From the IMG/VR virus record IMGVR_UViG_2162886007_000107, positions 62,001 to 126,000 of that record: a DNA stretch of 64,000 nt; one strand, written 5' to 3'. The notes under the pieces are model-generated. The model made no database searches. It saw only the letters and a program-made list of their open reading frames with translations, and was not told where the DNA came from. Positions 18,721 to 28,875 of the stretch are shown piece after piece. Each line of letters opens with the position of its first letter. Positions within the stretch are counted from its first letter, which is position 1. Position numbers and translations under genes: made by a program.

Positions 18721-19434
18721 ATGAGCTACCAGCAACAATCCAAACCACAATTCACTCCTCGCAAGAAGATGTTTCTGAACGACTGGCGTCAGCCACACCC
18801 GGCTACCGACAAGCCTCTGGACGGCGCCAAGTTCCCTGCTCAGTTCATGTGGGAAATCACCAACGCCGGCAAGATCGTCTTCAAGGTCAGCGACGGCATC
18901 TTCAAGGAAGGCGGTGGCGGCAAGAACAACCACAAAGAAGTAGAGATGACTGCGTACGACCGCAACATCCTCTTCGAAACTCTGCTGGAAGCATCCAACA
19001 GCCCAGAGTTCACCAGCAAGCAATACCTCATCAAGAAACACGACTTCGTGTTTACTGGTGGCCAAAGTCGTCTGAGTGAGTCCCCGGTTGTCAAGGGCAC
19101 CTTCACCATCAAACGTGCAGAAGACGGCGTGATCTCCCTGGGTTACTCCAAAGGCGATTACAAAGTGATGTGTAACTTCAAGGGTCCAAACTCGAACACC
19201 TTGCTGATGCGCAACGCTGAAGGTCAGATGGTTGAAGACAACGGCTTCATGTCGCGTATGTCGGCACGTAGCTGGGTCAACTTCCACCGTCCGGTCCTGG
19301 ACCGCATGGAACTGGAAGGCTGGGAGCCGCCGAAGCCGAAGGGCGATGGTTCGCAAGGTTCGCACAAACCGAACAACAACCCGAACCAGTCGAATACCAA
19401 CACCTTCGACGAAGACTTCGACGACATGTTCTAA
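18721..19434 (+). CDS. ChmC/Imp6-like nucleic-acid-binding protein (phiKZ gp67-like)
   Basis: Directly upstream of the gp68-like subunit; strong codon bias; disordered G/N-rich tail ending in acidic FDEDFDDMF. Confidence 0.6.
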   Translation: MSYQQQSKPQFTPRKKMFLNDWRQPHPATDKPLDGAKFPAQFMWEITNAGKIVFKVSDGIFKEGGGGKNNHKEVEMTAYDRNILFETLLEASNSPEFTSKQYLIKKHDFVFTGGQSRLSESPVVKGTFTIKRAEDGVISLGYSKGDYKVMCNFKGPNSNTLLMRNAEGQMVEDNGFMSRMSARSWVNFHRPVLDRMELEGWEPPKPKGDGSQGSHKPNNNPNQSNTNTFDEDFDDMF

Positions 19435-19453
19435 GCAACACCCTTTTAAGTCT

Positions 19454-19471
19454 GGGAGGGGCAACCCTCCC
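19454..19471 (+). terminator. hairpin or weak terminator
   Basis: GGGAGGG-GCAA-CCCTCCC. Confidence 0.45.
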
Positions 19472-19552
19472 GGGCTAGCCTTTATAGTGCTCTAAGATTT
19501 TTTCAGAACTACATTATTCAGGCAGAGCAGGTAAAGGAGATTAATACAAATC

Positions 19553-21112
19553 ATGTTTAATGTCGATATGCGTCGTAGTGGTAAGAAGGGGATTAAAGCG
19601 ATTGTCGTGTCGTTTAACGAACAGTCCAGCCTCTTCAATGGTAAGGCCAAAGTTCAACTGGAACGAGTCTCCAAGGATCGTCCAGAAGCTGAGAACAACC
19701 TGTTCGACTGCTTGAACGAATATGTGACAACGGTCCTTACCAACGAACAACAACTCAAGCTGTACAAGTTGTATGAGAAAGCCCACGACATTATCGAGAA
19801 CGGCAAGTTCTACGATTACCACCATGAGTTGAGCCGACTTAAACCGTTGGTAGACAACATCCTGGAAATGATCGGGGTAGAAAAGTATTGTGCGTTCATC
19901 CAGAACTCTGAGTATCTGAAGATTCCCAAGAATCTCAGTGAAGCAGCAAGCAAGGGTGATTATCCAGAACAAACAACTATCACCGATGCTGACTACGTCA
20001 ACTTGGTGAAGTTGGCTTTTGTAATTCGTTCGGTGTTTCCGATCATCTTCGGTCTTATGAACCGTTTCGATGACAACATGGGTAGCAGCTACAGCGGGGT
20101 AGTGTGCGGTCAGCTTATTAAGGACAACTATTTCATCAAGCGCATGTACGGGTGGGAGAAACTCAAAACCTACTTCTCGTATTCGTTTGATAAACGTCCA
20201 ACACCAACTCAGATCGAAAGCGGCGGTAACACCGAAGCATTCGTTGAGAAGGTTCTGTTCAGTGCAATCTTCGACAGACTGTGCTGTGCAGTGATTCCGG
20301 AAACAGAATTCGACAAGAACATTGCGAACACGATTAACGGTGCGGTGCGTCAGCATGAGGCCAGCATTTCGTTTCGTAATAAAGAAGATCGTCTTTCTGG
20401 TGGTGATGACGAGGACAAACGTTCTTCGTACGACAAGTACAACATCACCGAAAAGGTACGGGCGTCGGACATTGAATCTGAAGCAGAGTATTTCAGCTTT
20501 GGGTTGTTCGACGAGAAAGATCAACCGCGTTATGTTGACTGCTTTAAATTCCAGTGCGAAGGATTGGGGATCAAGAACTACCAGTTGGTAGATAAGGTCT
20601 ACCGCAACATTCCACCAAACTGGAACTTCGATCTGAACGAGGTCATTCGATCTCTGTTGTCTTTGGTGTACTTCGAAGTAGTTAGTCCGTCGATCTGGGA
20701 AGAGTGCAGCTATACTCAACTCATGTCGGCAATTGCCCTCGGTCAAGTTAAACTGGCCGAACAAGGTTATACGTATTTGCCGTCTCTGCTGGGCGGGATC
20801 CATGATCCGGAAGGAGCGCGGAGTTTGGCAGAAGGTCTTAAGCTAACCGACGACGACAAAAACTACCTGGCATCTATCTGCGACGTTCAATCGCGTAACA
20901 GCGAGAACCGAGGTTTCAATGAAGTACTGTTAGCCGTTGATCGATTCCTTGTCGAATTGACTAACAAGGCTTGGAAGTCCAACTTGGAATATGGGGTGTT
21001 GGATGATCCTGCAATCTACGATCGTGTAATCTCAGGCGACATGTTCTCCATTGAACTGGAAAACGAGATCCGCCTGGAATTCATGCGACTAGTCAAACAA
21101 GTTAACGATTAA
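19553..21112 (+). CDS. non-virion RNAP promoter-specificity subunit (phiKZ gp68-like)
   Basis: 519 aa; synteny between the ChmC-like and PicA-like genes; AAGGAG RBS. Confidence 0.7.
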   Translation: MFNVDMRRSGKKGIKAIVVSFNEQSSLFNGKAKVQLERVSKDRPEAENNLFDCLNEYVTTVLTNEQQLKLYKLYEKAHDIIENGKFYDYHHELSRLKPLVDNILEMIGVEKYCAFIQNSEYLKIPKNLSEAASKGDYPEQTTITDADYVNLVKLAFVIRSVFPIIFGLMNRFDDNMGSSYSGVVCGQLIKDNYFIKRMYGWEKLKTYFSYSFDKRPTPTQIESGGNTEAFVEKVLFSAIFDRLCCAVIPETEFDKNIANTINGAVRQHEASISFRNKEDRLSGGDDEDKRSSYDKYNITEKVRASDIESEAEYFSFGLFDEKDQPRYVDCFKFQCEGLGIKNYQLVDKVYRNIPPNWNFDLNEVIRSLLSLVYFEVVSPSIWEECSYTQLMSAIALGQVKLAEQGYTYLPSLLGGIHDPEGARSLAEGLKLTDDDKNYLASICDVQSRNSENRGFNEVLLAVDRFLVELTNKAWKSNLEYGVLDDPAIYDRVISGDMFSIELENEIRLEFMRLVKQVND

Positions 21113-21133
21113 GTATTAGAAGGCGCGAAGTGT

Positions 21134-22573
21134 ATGGACAATCAAATTAACGTGGCTCTCCGTCGTGTCATCTTGGGTGTGGGCAACCCAAACCATGAAC
21201 ACGTACACCGCCACAACATTCTCAAGATGCAGCCGATGCATGTTGACCAGCTGATGACTGAGCAGCGCGCAGGCGGTATTCGTGAGTCGACTCTGAATGC
21301 TATCTCCGGGCAAGCTGGTGGTTTGACAGTGCAACCCAATGGTTTCGTAGCTATCGAAGATACCTACAACCAACGTCGTGGTCTGGGCATGTTGGAGTTC
21401 GCAACTGAAGAGAGCGCATTGCGCTCTACTAAGTTGGTAGTGTTGGGTTATCTGGTGGGTGGTGAGCCTCGTGATGTTGGTATCGATCCAGCTACTCGAT
21501 TCCAGCCAGTTCGTTGCTGGGAGATTGACACCAGTAACAAAACTGACTTCAACGGTTATCCAACCATCCAGCAGTCGGTAACCAATTCCCACCAGTTCTT
21601 GCAAGGTCACCCAAACAAGAACATTAACCAGCGCTCCATGCGTCCTATCGACATCGGTAACGAAGTTCTGGGCTATGTAGCAACTGAGTCTGAAAACTCT
21701 CAGGATGGTTACGGTGGCAACGTTCTGGCTGACCTGAACAAAGGTATCGTGATCTCGAAGACTCAGAACCTCGATACCACTCACCACGCCAAACAGTTAA
21801 TGAAGATCGCAGGTAATGCGCTCACTTCGAAAGACTTCGGCATGGATCTTCACGATTCCATTGCTGAGTCGATCTACTCTGGTGGCATGGCTGAAGCCAA
21901 CATCACTCGTAATGCGTTCTTCATGGCGATGTCTCAACACACCGGCATGTGGAACCAAATGGGCTTCAATGGTTTCAGCCTGGGTGAGATTGCAAGCGTC
22001 TTCGAGAACTTCGTTGACGTAATGAACATGGAGATGATTGACAATCCTCCAGATGTGGTCGACAACATCGGTTTGACCAATGCTTATGGCTCCACCACCA
22101 TTTCGGAAACAACCGCTCAGGAAATCGCAGTTCTCTGTGCTGACCTGGCTATTCGTACTGGTGTGACGTTCTGTACTTTCTCCGCCACCAACAATCCGGA
22201 TTCGTTCGGTGGGTTCATGGAGGAAGATGGTGTAGCAATGCTTACCGGTGAGTGGATGTCGATCATCGACTCTGACCCATTTGCAATCAACCGCTTGGAG
22301 AAATTCAAGCAAGCGTTCAAAGATCGGTTCTTTACCAAGTACAACACTGGTTACGCGCACGACACGACAATCGTCAACGTGATCGTTACCTGTGCCATGT
22401 TTGGTGAGACCAGCGTGCAAGTGTTCTTCAACGGTGACGAATCCACCACGCAAAGTTACACCAACGCAACTTACTACCTCTCACGTACCAGTACCAATAT
22501 CGCGGCTACTGATGCTGGCATTGCGGAATCTGTCAGCTTCCTCAACAACATCCGCGAGTATTTCGCCGAATAA
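21134..22573 (+). CDS. picA: PicA/Imp1-like nuclear protein-import factor (phiKZ gp69-like)
   Basis: Position immediately after the gp68-like gene; 479 aa; assignment by synteny. Confidence 0.6.
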   Translation: MDNQINVALRRVILGVGNPNHEHVHRHNILKMQPMHVDQLMTEQRAGGIRESTLNAISGQAGGLTVQPNGFVAIEDTYNQRRGLGMLEFATEESALRSTKLVVLGYLVGGEPRDVGIDPATRFQPVRCWEIDTSNKTDFNGYPTIQQSVTNSHQFLQGHPNKNINQRSMRPIDIGNEVLGYVATESENSQDGYGGNVLADLNKGIVISKTQNLDTTHHAKQLMKIAGNALTSKDFGMDLHDSIAESIYSGGMAEANITRNAFFMAMSQHTGMWNQMGFNGFSLGEIASVFENFVDVMNMEMIDNPPDVVDNIGLTNAYGSTTISETTAQEIAVLCADLAIRTGVTFCTFSATNNPDSFGGFMEEDGVAMLTGEWMSIIDSDPFAINRLEKFKQAFKDRFFTKYNTGYAHDTTIVNVIVTCAMFGETSVQVFFNGDESTTQSYTNATYYLSRTSTNIAATDAGIAESVSFLNNIREYFAE

Positions 22574-22584
22574 GGTCTTAACCC

Positions 22585-24135
22585 ATGAACGAATTGAATA
22601 AACTTTACAAAGCCATCCTCGGCTCTTTCGGGGCGCTGGTTAAACCGAACTACCAGATCTTCATCAAGGTGTCGGAACATGAGATCGAAGTTAAAGTGGA
22701 TGACATGCCACTTTACCTGCCGGTCTCTGATCTGTTGGCATCCACCGACTCGATGAACAAGGTATACTTCCACCCGGCGTGTGAAAACGTCATCAGTCAG
22801 GAAACCGAAGTCTTCAAGATCATTCGCCGCATGGCTGGCATTCGCTTGCTCGAACTGTTCAAGAAGTATCCGCCAGTTCTTCAAGCTATCGCCAAGGGTG
22901 CCGAGAAACGTTCCTGGAACCAGAACACACTGGATATCCTAGAACCGTTCAAGAACGTCAAGAAACAAACCATGACGGAAATCTCGGAGTTCATGGCGCG
23001 CATGCAAGTGGAAATGGGTGAGAACGGCATCGACAACCGTTTCATTCACCTGAAAGTTTCCAAAGGCTCCGGCCGTAGTAGCACCGGTAGCGGTCAGCGC
23101 GTTTACCACCGTACCAAGCCAGTCTTCCCGATCTACAACGAGGTCGTGAAACGTCTGGCTCAGTCGGAAGGTCAGTCGGATAACCAAAGCATCGAGTTCC
23201 ACGGTTATTCGATTTCGCGTGCTGCACTGAAACTGATCGCTCACCTGCATCGCTGTGTGCTGCCAGCAGTAATGAACCCAGACGATATTGAGTCGGAGTC
23301 CACCTCTCCGGTTGCTTCGCGTCTGACGTCGTTCCTGGGCTGCTATGAAGCAATTGCTGACCAGTTCAACCGTCTCCAGAATATCTTCCGTGCTGACTTC
23401 GACAAACTGGGTATCTACCCAATTGACCTGTCGTGGACTGAAGAAATGGAACGGCTGCCGGAAATCTACAACCAGGTTCCGGACATGCAGTACAACACCC
23501 ACAACACTCAGGAAGAAGCTGTCAACAAACAGAATCATCTGAATGGCATGGGGAACATGTTCTCGGTCAACAGTACTCCGCAATCGAACGTAGCGGCTCA
23601 AGTCGGTGTCGCCGGTCAGGCTGCTCAACTGCTGGCACAAGCAGCAGCACAAGCTGGTCCGCAAAACGTCGACGGTTACTCGGTATCTCCGCCAGCCGGC
23701 ATGGAACCGAATGACCAGTGGATCCGTGTGGAAATCGACTACGCCAACAACCGGGTAGTTCACCACGCGATCAACAAGCTGACTCAAATGCCAGTTGTTT
23801 ACATCTGCACTCGCATGGGTACAATCATGCAGCGCACTGAAAGCTCTGGTGTGGCCGGTATCAACCCAGGCGTTGGTGGTGTAGGCTTGGGCGGTCTGGG
23901 CGGTCTCGGTGGCTTGCTGGGGGGCATCAACCCTTTAGCGGCAGCGGGGTTGGGTGGTGGCAACAATAACTTGGCATTGCTGGCTCAAACCGGCTTGCTG
24001 GGTAGCCTGACCCCGCTGCAACAACTGGCCTTGCTTCAAGGTGGTCAACTGGGTAACACTACTCCGGCGTCTTCGTCGAGCAGTGGTGTTTACGTAGATC
24101 ACAATGGCCATGGCATCAGCAGTCCAACCTACTAA
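22585..24135 (+). CDS. conserved protein (phiKZ gp70-like) with a Gly/Leu-rich low-complexity C-terminus
   Basis: FHPACENV motif region; synteny; GLGG-rich tail. Confidence 0.7.
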   Translation: MNELNKLYKAILGSFGALVKPNYQIFIKVSEHEIEVKVDDMPLYLPVSDLLASTDSMNKVYFHPACENVISQETEVFKIIRRMAGIRLLELFKKYPPVLQAIAKGAEKRSWNQNTLDILEPFKNVKKQTMTEISEFMARMQVEMGENGIDNRFIHLKVSKGSGRSSTGSGQRVYHRTKPVFPIYNEVVKRLAQSEGQSDNQSIEFHGYSISRAALKLIAHLHRCVLPAVMNPDDIESESTSPVASRLTSFLGCYEAIADQFNRLQNIFRADFDKLGIYPIDLSWTEEMERLPEIYNQVPDMQYNTHNTQEEAVNKQNHLNGMGNMFSVNSTPQSNVAAQVGVAGQAAQLLAQAAAQAGPQNVDGYSVSPPAGMEPNDQWIRVEIDYANNRVVHHAINKLTQMPVVYICTRMGTIMQRTESSGVAGINPGVGGVGLGGLGGLGGLLGGINPLAAAGLGGGNNNLALLAQTGLLGSLTPLQQLALLQGGQLGNTTPASSSSSGVYVDHNGHGISSPTY

Positions 24136-24151
24136 CGGAATAGTGGTTAAT

Positions 24152-24197
24152 CAGTACTCCCGGCTGACGCCGGGAGTACTGTATTTCCTGTTATTTT
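24152..24197. terminator. probable bidirectional terminator
   Basis: CAGTACTCCCGGC/GCCGGGAGTACTG between convergent genes. Confidence 0.75.
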
Positions 24198-24526
24198 TAA
24201 CCGGGGCGTGTATTACTTCGGGATATAGCGCGGATGATAGTATTTTCGTCCACGTTACGAATTTCCATAATGTGGCTGTTATCTTTGTTCACGTTTTCCA
24301 CATTATTAAGATATGCAATAGTCCACCACAAGTGGCTTTTGATATTCAGTGAACGCAATAACCGGTAGAAGTCATTCCGGTAGGCATAACGATCATTGGG
24401 GTTGGGGATGGGTAATGATGTTGTGTTTTGGAGCAATACTTCCTTAAGGGAGCGGATAAGAGTTTTGTATTCTGGGGTAAAGAATACACTCTTGTCTCCT
24501 TCGGAATTGTTAGTGCTGATCGGCAT
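24197..24526 (-). CDS. putative LysM-like baseplate wedge protein (T4 gp53-like)
   Basis: YRNDFYRLL...LWWTIAYLNN resembles the gp53/LysM-type baseplate signature. Confidence 0.55.
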   Translation of the reverse strand: MPISTNNSEGDKSVFFTPEYKTLIRSLKEVLLQNTTSLPIPNPNDRYAYRNDFYRLLRSLNIKSHLWWTIAYLNNVENVNKDNSHIMEIRNVDENTIIRAISRSNTRPG

Positions 24527-24555
24527 TTAAGTTGCCCCTGCTGTGGGTATAATAA

Positions 24556-24571
24556 TTCGGACCTATATCAT
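24556..24571 (+). promoter_or_regulatory. early promoter variant, TATATCAT
   Basis: TTCGGACCTATATCAT upstream of nvRNAP beta-C; same context as 2607, 8618 and 10592. Confidence 0.5.
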
Positions 24572-24604
24572 CTACCAGATGATGTGTAATAGGAAGTTAT
24601 AAAA

Positions 24605-26812
24605 ATGGTTGATATCTCGCATTTAACCGAGCAGCCGAAGTACAAGTATCTCAAACGTGAGAATGAGATGCTTCCAGAACTTCAGGGTGTTTGTACGAAC
24701 TTGGTTCCATTTCCATGGATCAGTTCACCTACTCGTATGTACATGGTCGGGAACATGATTCCCAAAGCTGTAGACGTTAACGGTCGCAGCGGTCGTAAGT
24801 TGGTTACTGGTGCAGAGTTTCATTATGCAGATGGTGCTCGTCGAATCGAAGCTCCATCGAACATGGTTATCGAAGGTGTGTTCTACGTTCGTTCATTGAC
24901 TCAGTCGGGAGAACCTACTGATAAATGGAACTCCATGTATTTGGTGTTCAAGAACGATGAACTCAATGCGTACGATGTACTGGAGCTACCGCGGTACAAC
25001 ACGCAGAACACCTACATCGGTTTCGAATATGTGTATGACAAAGAAATCATGCGCAAGATCGACATCGGTGCACGGTTTCCGAAAGGAACCATTTTTGCCA
25101 AGAGTCCTCGGGTTTCTGAGAGTGGCGAGTGGATGTTTGGTACAGACCTTAAAGTTTGTCCTGGATCTTTCCACTTTACCGAGGAGGACGGTGTTGCAAT
25201 CACTGACGAATGTGCTTACGAGAAACTTCGTTGCATGTTCAAACATTCTCGTAGCCATCAATGGAATGAGGATGAGTACGTTCCGCTGATGTTGTACGGA
25301 ACTGACGAGAATCCAAAACCGTTCCCTGAGTCTGGTGAACGTGTTCGTTCAGATGGCATTGTGATGGGTTTCCGTCGTCGTGATCCACGTACGGCACTCA
25401 CTACACTGACCAAGAAAGCACTGCGTACTCCTGATCGCAACTTCGACATTCTGTTCCATGCTCCTGTGGATGCAGAAGTAATGTCGGTAGAGGTTCTCAG
25501 CGAGCGGATGAAAAATCAGGCGAACAATCGTTCTACTGAGCACATCGAACAAACTCATAACCGTGTGCTGGATCGTTATGAGAAGCGTCAAAATGAAATG
25601 AACAACGATATCATTCGTTGGTATTACGGTAAACTGGCCAAGAACAACGGTCAAGATATTCCGGTGTCTTTTGCGTTGGATACCTTCCTGCGTTTGGGCA
25701 TGGCTAACAGCACCCGAAATAACTTGGGTAAAGTGAACACCATGTTCCGTGGTATCAAGCGTCAGCGGTTGAAGGACTGGAACGTAACGATTCTGTTGCG
25801 TGAGTTGGTCCCAGGTAAGAACAAGTTCAAAATTGCAGGTATGAACGGGGACAAAGGCGTAATCGTTCGGATCATTCCGAAAGCCATGGCTCCTCGTTAT
25901 GCTGACGGCACAACTGCTGACATCGTCGTCAACAACTTCCCTGCGTTCCGTCGGCAGATCTTCTCCATGCTCATGGAGCAATCTGTCAACTTCATCAACG
26001 CCAACATCCATAAAGAAGTTGTTGCTTGCCGTAAGGTCGGTGACTTCGAGGGTGCGTTCGCTAAGCTGCTTAAGTTCTTCGACACTGGGTTCCCAGAGTT
26101 TGGCGAAATGGTTCGGGACACAATCTTCGAACCAGACACAATTGCAGACTACGTGAACTACGTTGCCAAGACTCAAATCTCGGTGCGTGTTAATGTGGAT
26201 ACCAAGCTGTACGGTATTGCGATCATCCGGGCGTTGCGTGAGGTTTACGCCTACAAGCCAGAGAAGATCTACTTCACTGACTCGTTGGGTGAGGAACTGG
26301 AATCAGATAACCCGGTACTGTTGACCAACCAGCACTTCATGTTGCTGGATAAGTTCGGTACAGATATGAGTGCACAGTCGTTGCCTCTGTCTAACTTGTT
26401 CGGTATGCCGGCTAAGCCTAGCGAAACCAACAAGTACGGGAGCTTCTTGCAGAACAAGCACAACCGTAACAAAGGTGAAGACGAAGCTCGTCTGAACTTG
26501 AGTCAATCCGGTGGTAAAGAAACGGTTAAACAGTTGGCGATGGGTAACTCTCCAGAGCTGAAGGTTCGCATGACACGTCGAATCATTCGGGCAAATGACG
26601 TTTGGGATATTGACCAGATCGTTAAGCCTGAGGAATATGACATGAACGTGGCGTTGCAAATGTCTGTGAGTTTGTTGTCTGACTCCGGCTGGTGTCTGCG
26701 GGAAGAGCTTGCTTCTGACCGTACTGAAGATACTGTCGCAGTTAACTACTTGCAGAACCTGGAAACCGATCCTTTACTGAAATCCATGCTTAGTGCGGAG
26801 CAACATCAATGA
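24605..26812 (+). CDS. non-virion RNA polymerase beta C-terminal subunit (phiKZ gp71-73-like)
   Basis: SSPTRMYMVGNM, FTEEDG, KIAGMNGDKGVI, DIVVN..RQ (beta motifs). Confidence 0.9.
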   Translation: MVDISHLTEQPKYKYLKRENEMLPELQGVCTNLVPFPWISSPTRMYMVGNMIPKAVDVNGRSGRKLVTGAEFHYADGARRIEAPSNMVIEGVFYVRSLTQSGEPTDKWNSMYLVFKNDELNAYDVLELPRYNTQNTYIGFEYVYDKEIMRKIDIGARFPKGTIFAKSPRVSESGEWMFGTDLKVCPGSFHFTEEDGVAITDECAYEKLRCMFKHSRSHQWNEDEYVPLMLYGTDENPKPFPESGERVRSDGIVMGFRRRDPRTALTTLTKKALRTPDRNFDILFHAPVDAEVMSVEVLSERMKNQANNRSTEHIEQTHNRVLDRYEKRQNEMNNDIIRWYYGKLAKNNGQDIPVSFALDTFLRLGMANSTRNNLGKVNTMFRGIKRQRLKDWNVTILLRELVPGKNKFKIAGMNGDKGVIVRIIPKAMAPRYADGTTADIVVNNFPAFRRQIFSMLMEQSVNFINANIHKEVVACRKVGDFEGAFAKLLKFFDTGFPEFGEMVRDTIFEPDTIADYVNYVAKTQISVRVNVDTKLYGIAIIRALREVYAYKPEKIYFTDSLGEELESDNPVLLTNQHFMLLDKFGTDMSAQSLPLSNLFGMPAKPSETNKYGSFLQNKHNRNKGEDEARLNLSQSGGKETVKQLAMGNSPELKVRMTRRIIRANDVWDIDQIVKPEEYDMNVALQMSVSLLSDSGWCLREELASDRTEDTVAVNYLQNLETDPLLKSMLSAEQHQ

Positions 26813-28821
26813 CGATGCAAGTTAGTCTGCGAGAATTTGCCGATTTGTCTGAAGCTGATATGTTGCGGTGGCGAGGAACACGCCGTGCAGTTGATGTGTT
26901 AGATGATGAAGGCAATATCGGGCTGTCGGACACTTACGCGTTGATGTTGACCTGGCAAGGGTTGATCATTCACCGTAAGTACCCGGAGGTTCCGTATCAC
27001 GTTAAGGAGTTGGTTCCATCCAAGCGTGATCCGGAATTCAAGCACGTTGTTTACAATGACAAAACCCTCAAGATTCCAATGGACTACGTCTTGGGGGTAA
27101 TTGGTCCGAGAATCGACGACCCGGAAGAAGTCGATGGTCTGAAACGGTTGATCCATGCCTGGCAGGCAAAGCTCAACAACATGATCGTGGTAATGAGTGA
27201 GCGATCTGTTCTTTCTGCTCGCGCAGAAGACGTGGATGACCTGGCGATGAATCCGGGTATCGTTGAGATTCGGGAGAAAGTACAAAGCGGGCAGATCAGC
27301 ATTGACGAAGGTGAAATGCTGTTCAGCGATTACATCAAGATGGACGAGTCGCTGGATAACAACACTGTAGCACTGATGGCTCGTACTGGCGGTGTGAGTA
27401 TCAACCAGGCTTATCAGCTGGCTGGTGTTCGTGGCGGGGTGTTTGACTTGCCTAACCACATTCTGCCTAACCCAATCATGAGTAACTATTCTGAGGGTAT
27501 CGTCAAGCAAGTGGATGTGCTTGGTGATGGTAAGTCATCCGGTATGAGTTTGATCTCTAACGGTCGTGGCCTGAAAGACTCTCAGTGGTTCCACCGTAAG
27601 ACTCACTTGGCGACTGCGGTTATCCAAGGTATCTTGCACACTCATGACTGCGGTTCTGACGATTACGCAGAAATGCGGATTGCCAGTACTGATATGGCGA
27701 TTGCCATGTTGGGCAAACACCGTCTGTTGGATAACGGTAGTGTGGAGCTTATCGACCACAAAACTGTGAAGAACATCAAGGTCGGTGAGACTGTATCCTT
27801 CCGCACTATCGGCTTCTGCCGTTCTGGTGTGGATGGGATGCCGTGTGGTAAGTGTTACGGTGCGATGAAGTCATCGATTCCGTACAACGTTATCATGAAG
27901 CGTACTGCTAACGTTGGGATGTTCGCATCTACCACGATCTGTAACCCGCTCGGTCAGAAGATGCTTTCTACCAAGCACTTTATCCGTAACGCTGTAACCC
28001 GTCGGTTTGAGGTACAGCAGAAAGATAGACAGATCCTCACTTCTAACGGTAACGAGATCTTCCTCAAGGGCGACATGTGTCAAGAGGGGACCAGGATTAT
28101 CCTCAGAGCCTCTATCCAGAAAGATCTGGCCGACTTGCGTTCTCTGGACGTACTCGACGAGATCTCGGTGGACAAGCTCCCGTACTTCGATGACATCACG
28201 TTCCAATATGAAATCGAAGACGTAATGGTTGGCGGTAAGACCATTCAGCAACATTCGGCACAAACTTCGGTGGCCTCGCGGAACTCGCGGTTCAGTACAG
28301 GCTTCGTACAGTACGTGTTGAAGATGGGCTGGGAGATCCTGGATCGGAAACACATTGCGGTAGATTTGAAAGACTGGAACTTCGAAGACCCAATCTTCGT
28401 ACTTCCATTCACTCGGGAAGGCCTTGATGCGCACCGTAAGCGTGTTGAGAACTTCATGACCTTTAACAAACGTAATGCTGCCTGGAAAGCACAACCGGTA
28501 ACTCCGAAGATGTTCGGCGAAGTTCTCGGTGAGTTCTGGACTCTTATCAATCAGGAGACCAAAGGTATTAACATCGTACACCCAGAGACAATGCTAGCAG
28601 CATTGCTTTGTAAGAAACCTTCCGAGGGATCGTACAAACTTACTTTGGGTAGCGGTGAGAAGTACTTTGAAAACTTTATGACGTGTGTTGAAAATCGTGG
28701 AGCTGGCGGTCTTATGATCGCGCAGGGGCAACAATCTGTATTGTCCAACATCAAAACGTTCCTCGTCAAAGACAGGCAAGCATCTCCGTTGGAAGCGTTC
28801 TTCCAACATGGGGTGTCCTAA
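26809..28821 (+). CDS. non-virion RNA polymerase beta' C-terminal subunit (phiKZ gp74-like)
   Basis: ATGA overlap; HDCGS, CGKCYG, NVG..ICNPLGQKMLSTKH (bridge-helix/trigger-loop region). Confidence 0.9.
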   Translation: MTMQVSLREFADLSEADMLRWRGTRRAVDVLDDEGNIGLSDTYALMLTWQGLIIHRKYPEVPYHVKELVPSKRDPEFKHVVYNDKTLKIPMDYVLGVIGPRIDDPEEVDGLKRLIHAWQAKLNNMIVVMSERSVLSARAEDVDDLAMNPGIVEIREKVQSGQISIDEGEMLFSDYIKMDESLDNNTVALMARTGGVSINQAYQLAGVRGGVFDLPNHILPNPIMSNYSEGIVKQVDVLGDGKSSGMSLISNGRGLKDSQWFHRKTHLATAVIQGILHTHDCGSDDYAEMRIASTDMAIAMLGKHRLLDNGSVELIDHKTVKNIKVGETVSFRTIGFCRSGVDGMPCGKCYGAMKSSIPYNVIMKRTANVGMFASTTICNPLGQKMLSTKHFIRNAVTRRFEVQQKDRQILTSNGNEIFLKGDMCQEGTRIILRASIQKDLADLRSLDVLDEISVDKLPYFDDITFQYEIEDVMVGGKTIQQHSAQTSVASRNSRFSTGFVQYVLKMGWEILDRKHIAVDLKDWNFEDPIFVLPFTREGLDAHRKRVENFMTFNKRNAAWKAQPVTPKMFGEVLGEFWTLINQETKGINIVHPETMLAALLCKKPSEGSYKLTLGSGEKYFENFMTCVENRGAGGLMIAQGQQSVLSNIKTFLVKDRQASPLEAFFQHGVS

Positions 28822-28832
28822 CCGAGTACTCC

Positions 28833-28866
28833 CCGTCTAGGGGAGTAGCTCCCCCTAGACGGTTTT
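28833..28866 (+). terminator. hairpin terminator
   Basis: CCGTCTAGGGG...CCCCTAGACGG followed by TTTT. Confidence 0.55.
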
Positions 28867-28875
28867 AGAGGCTGG

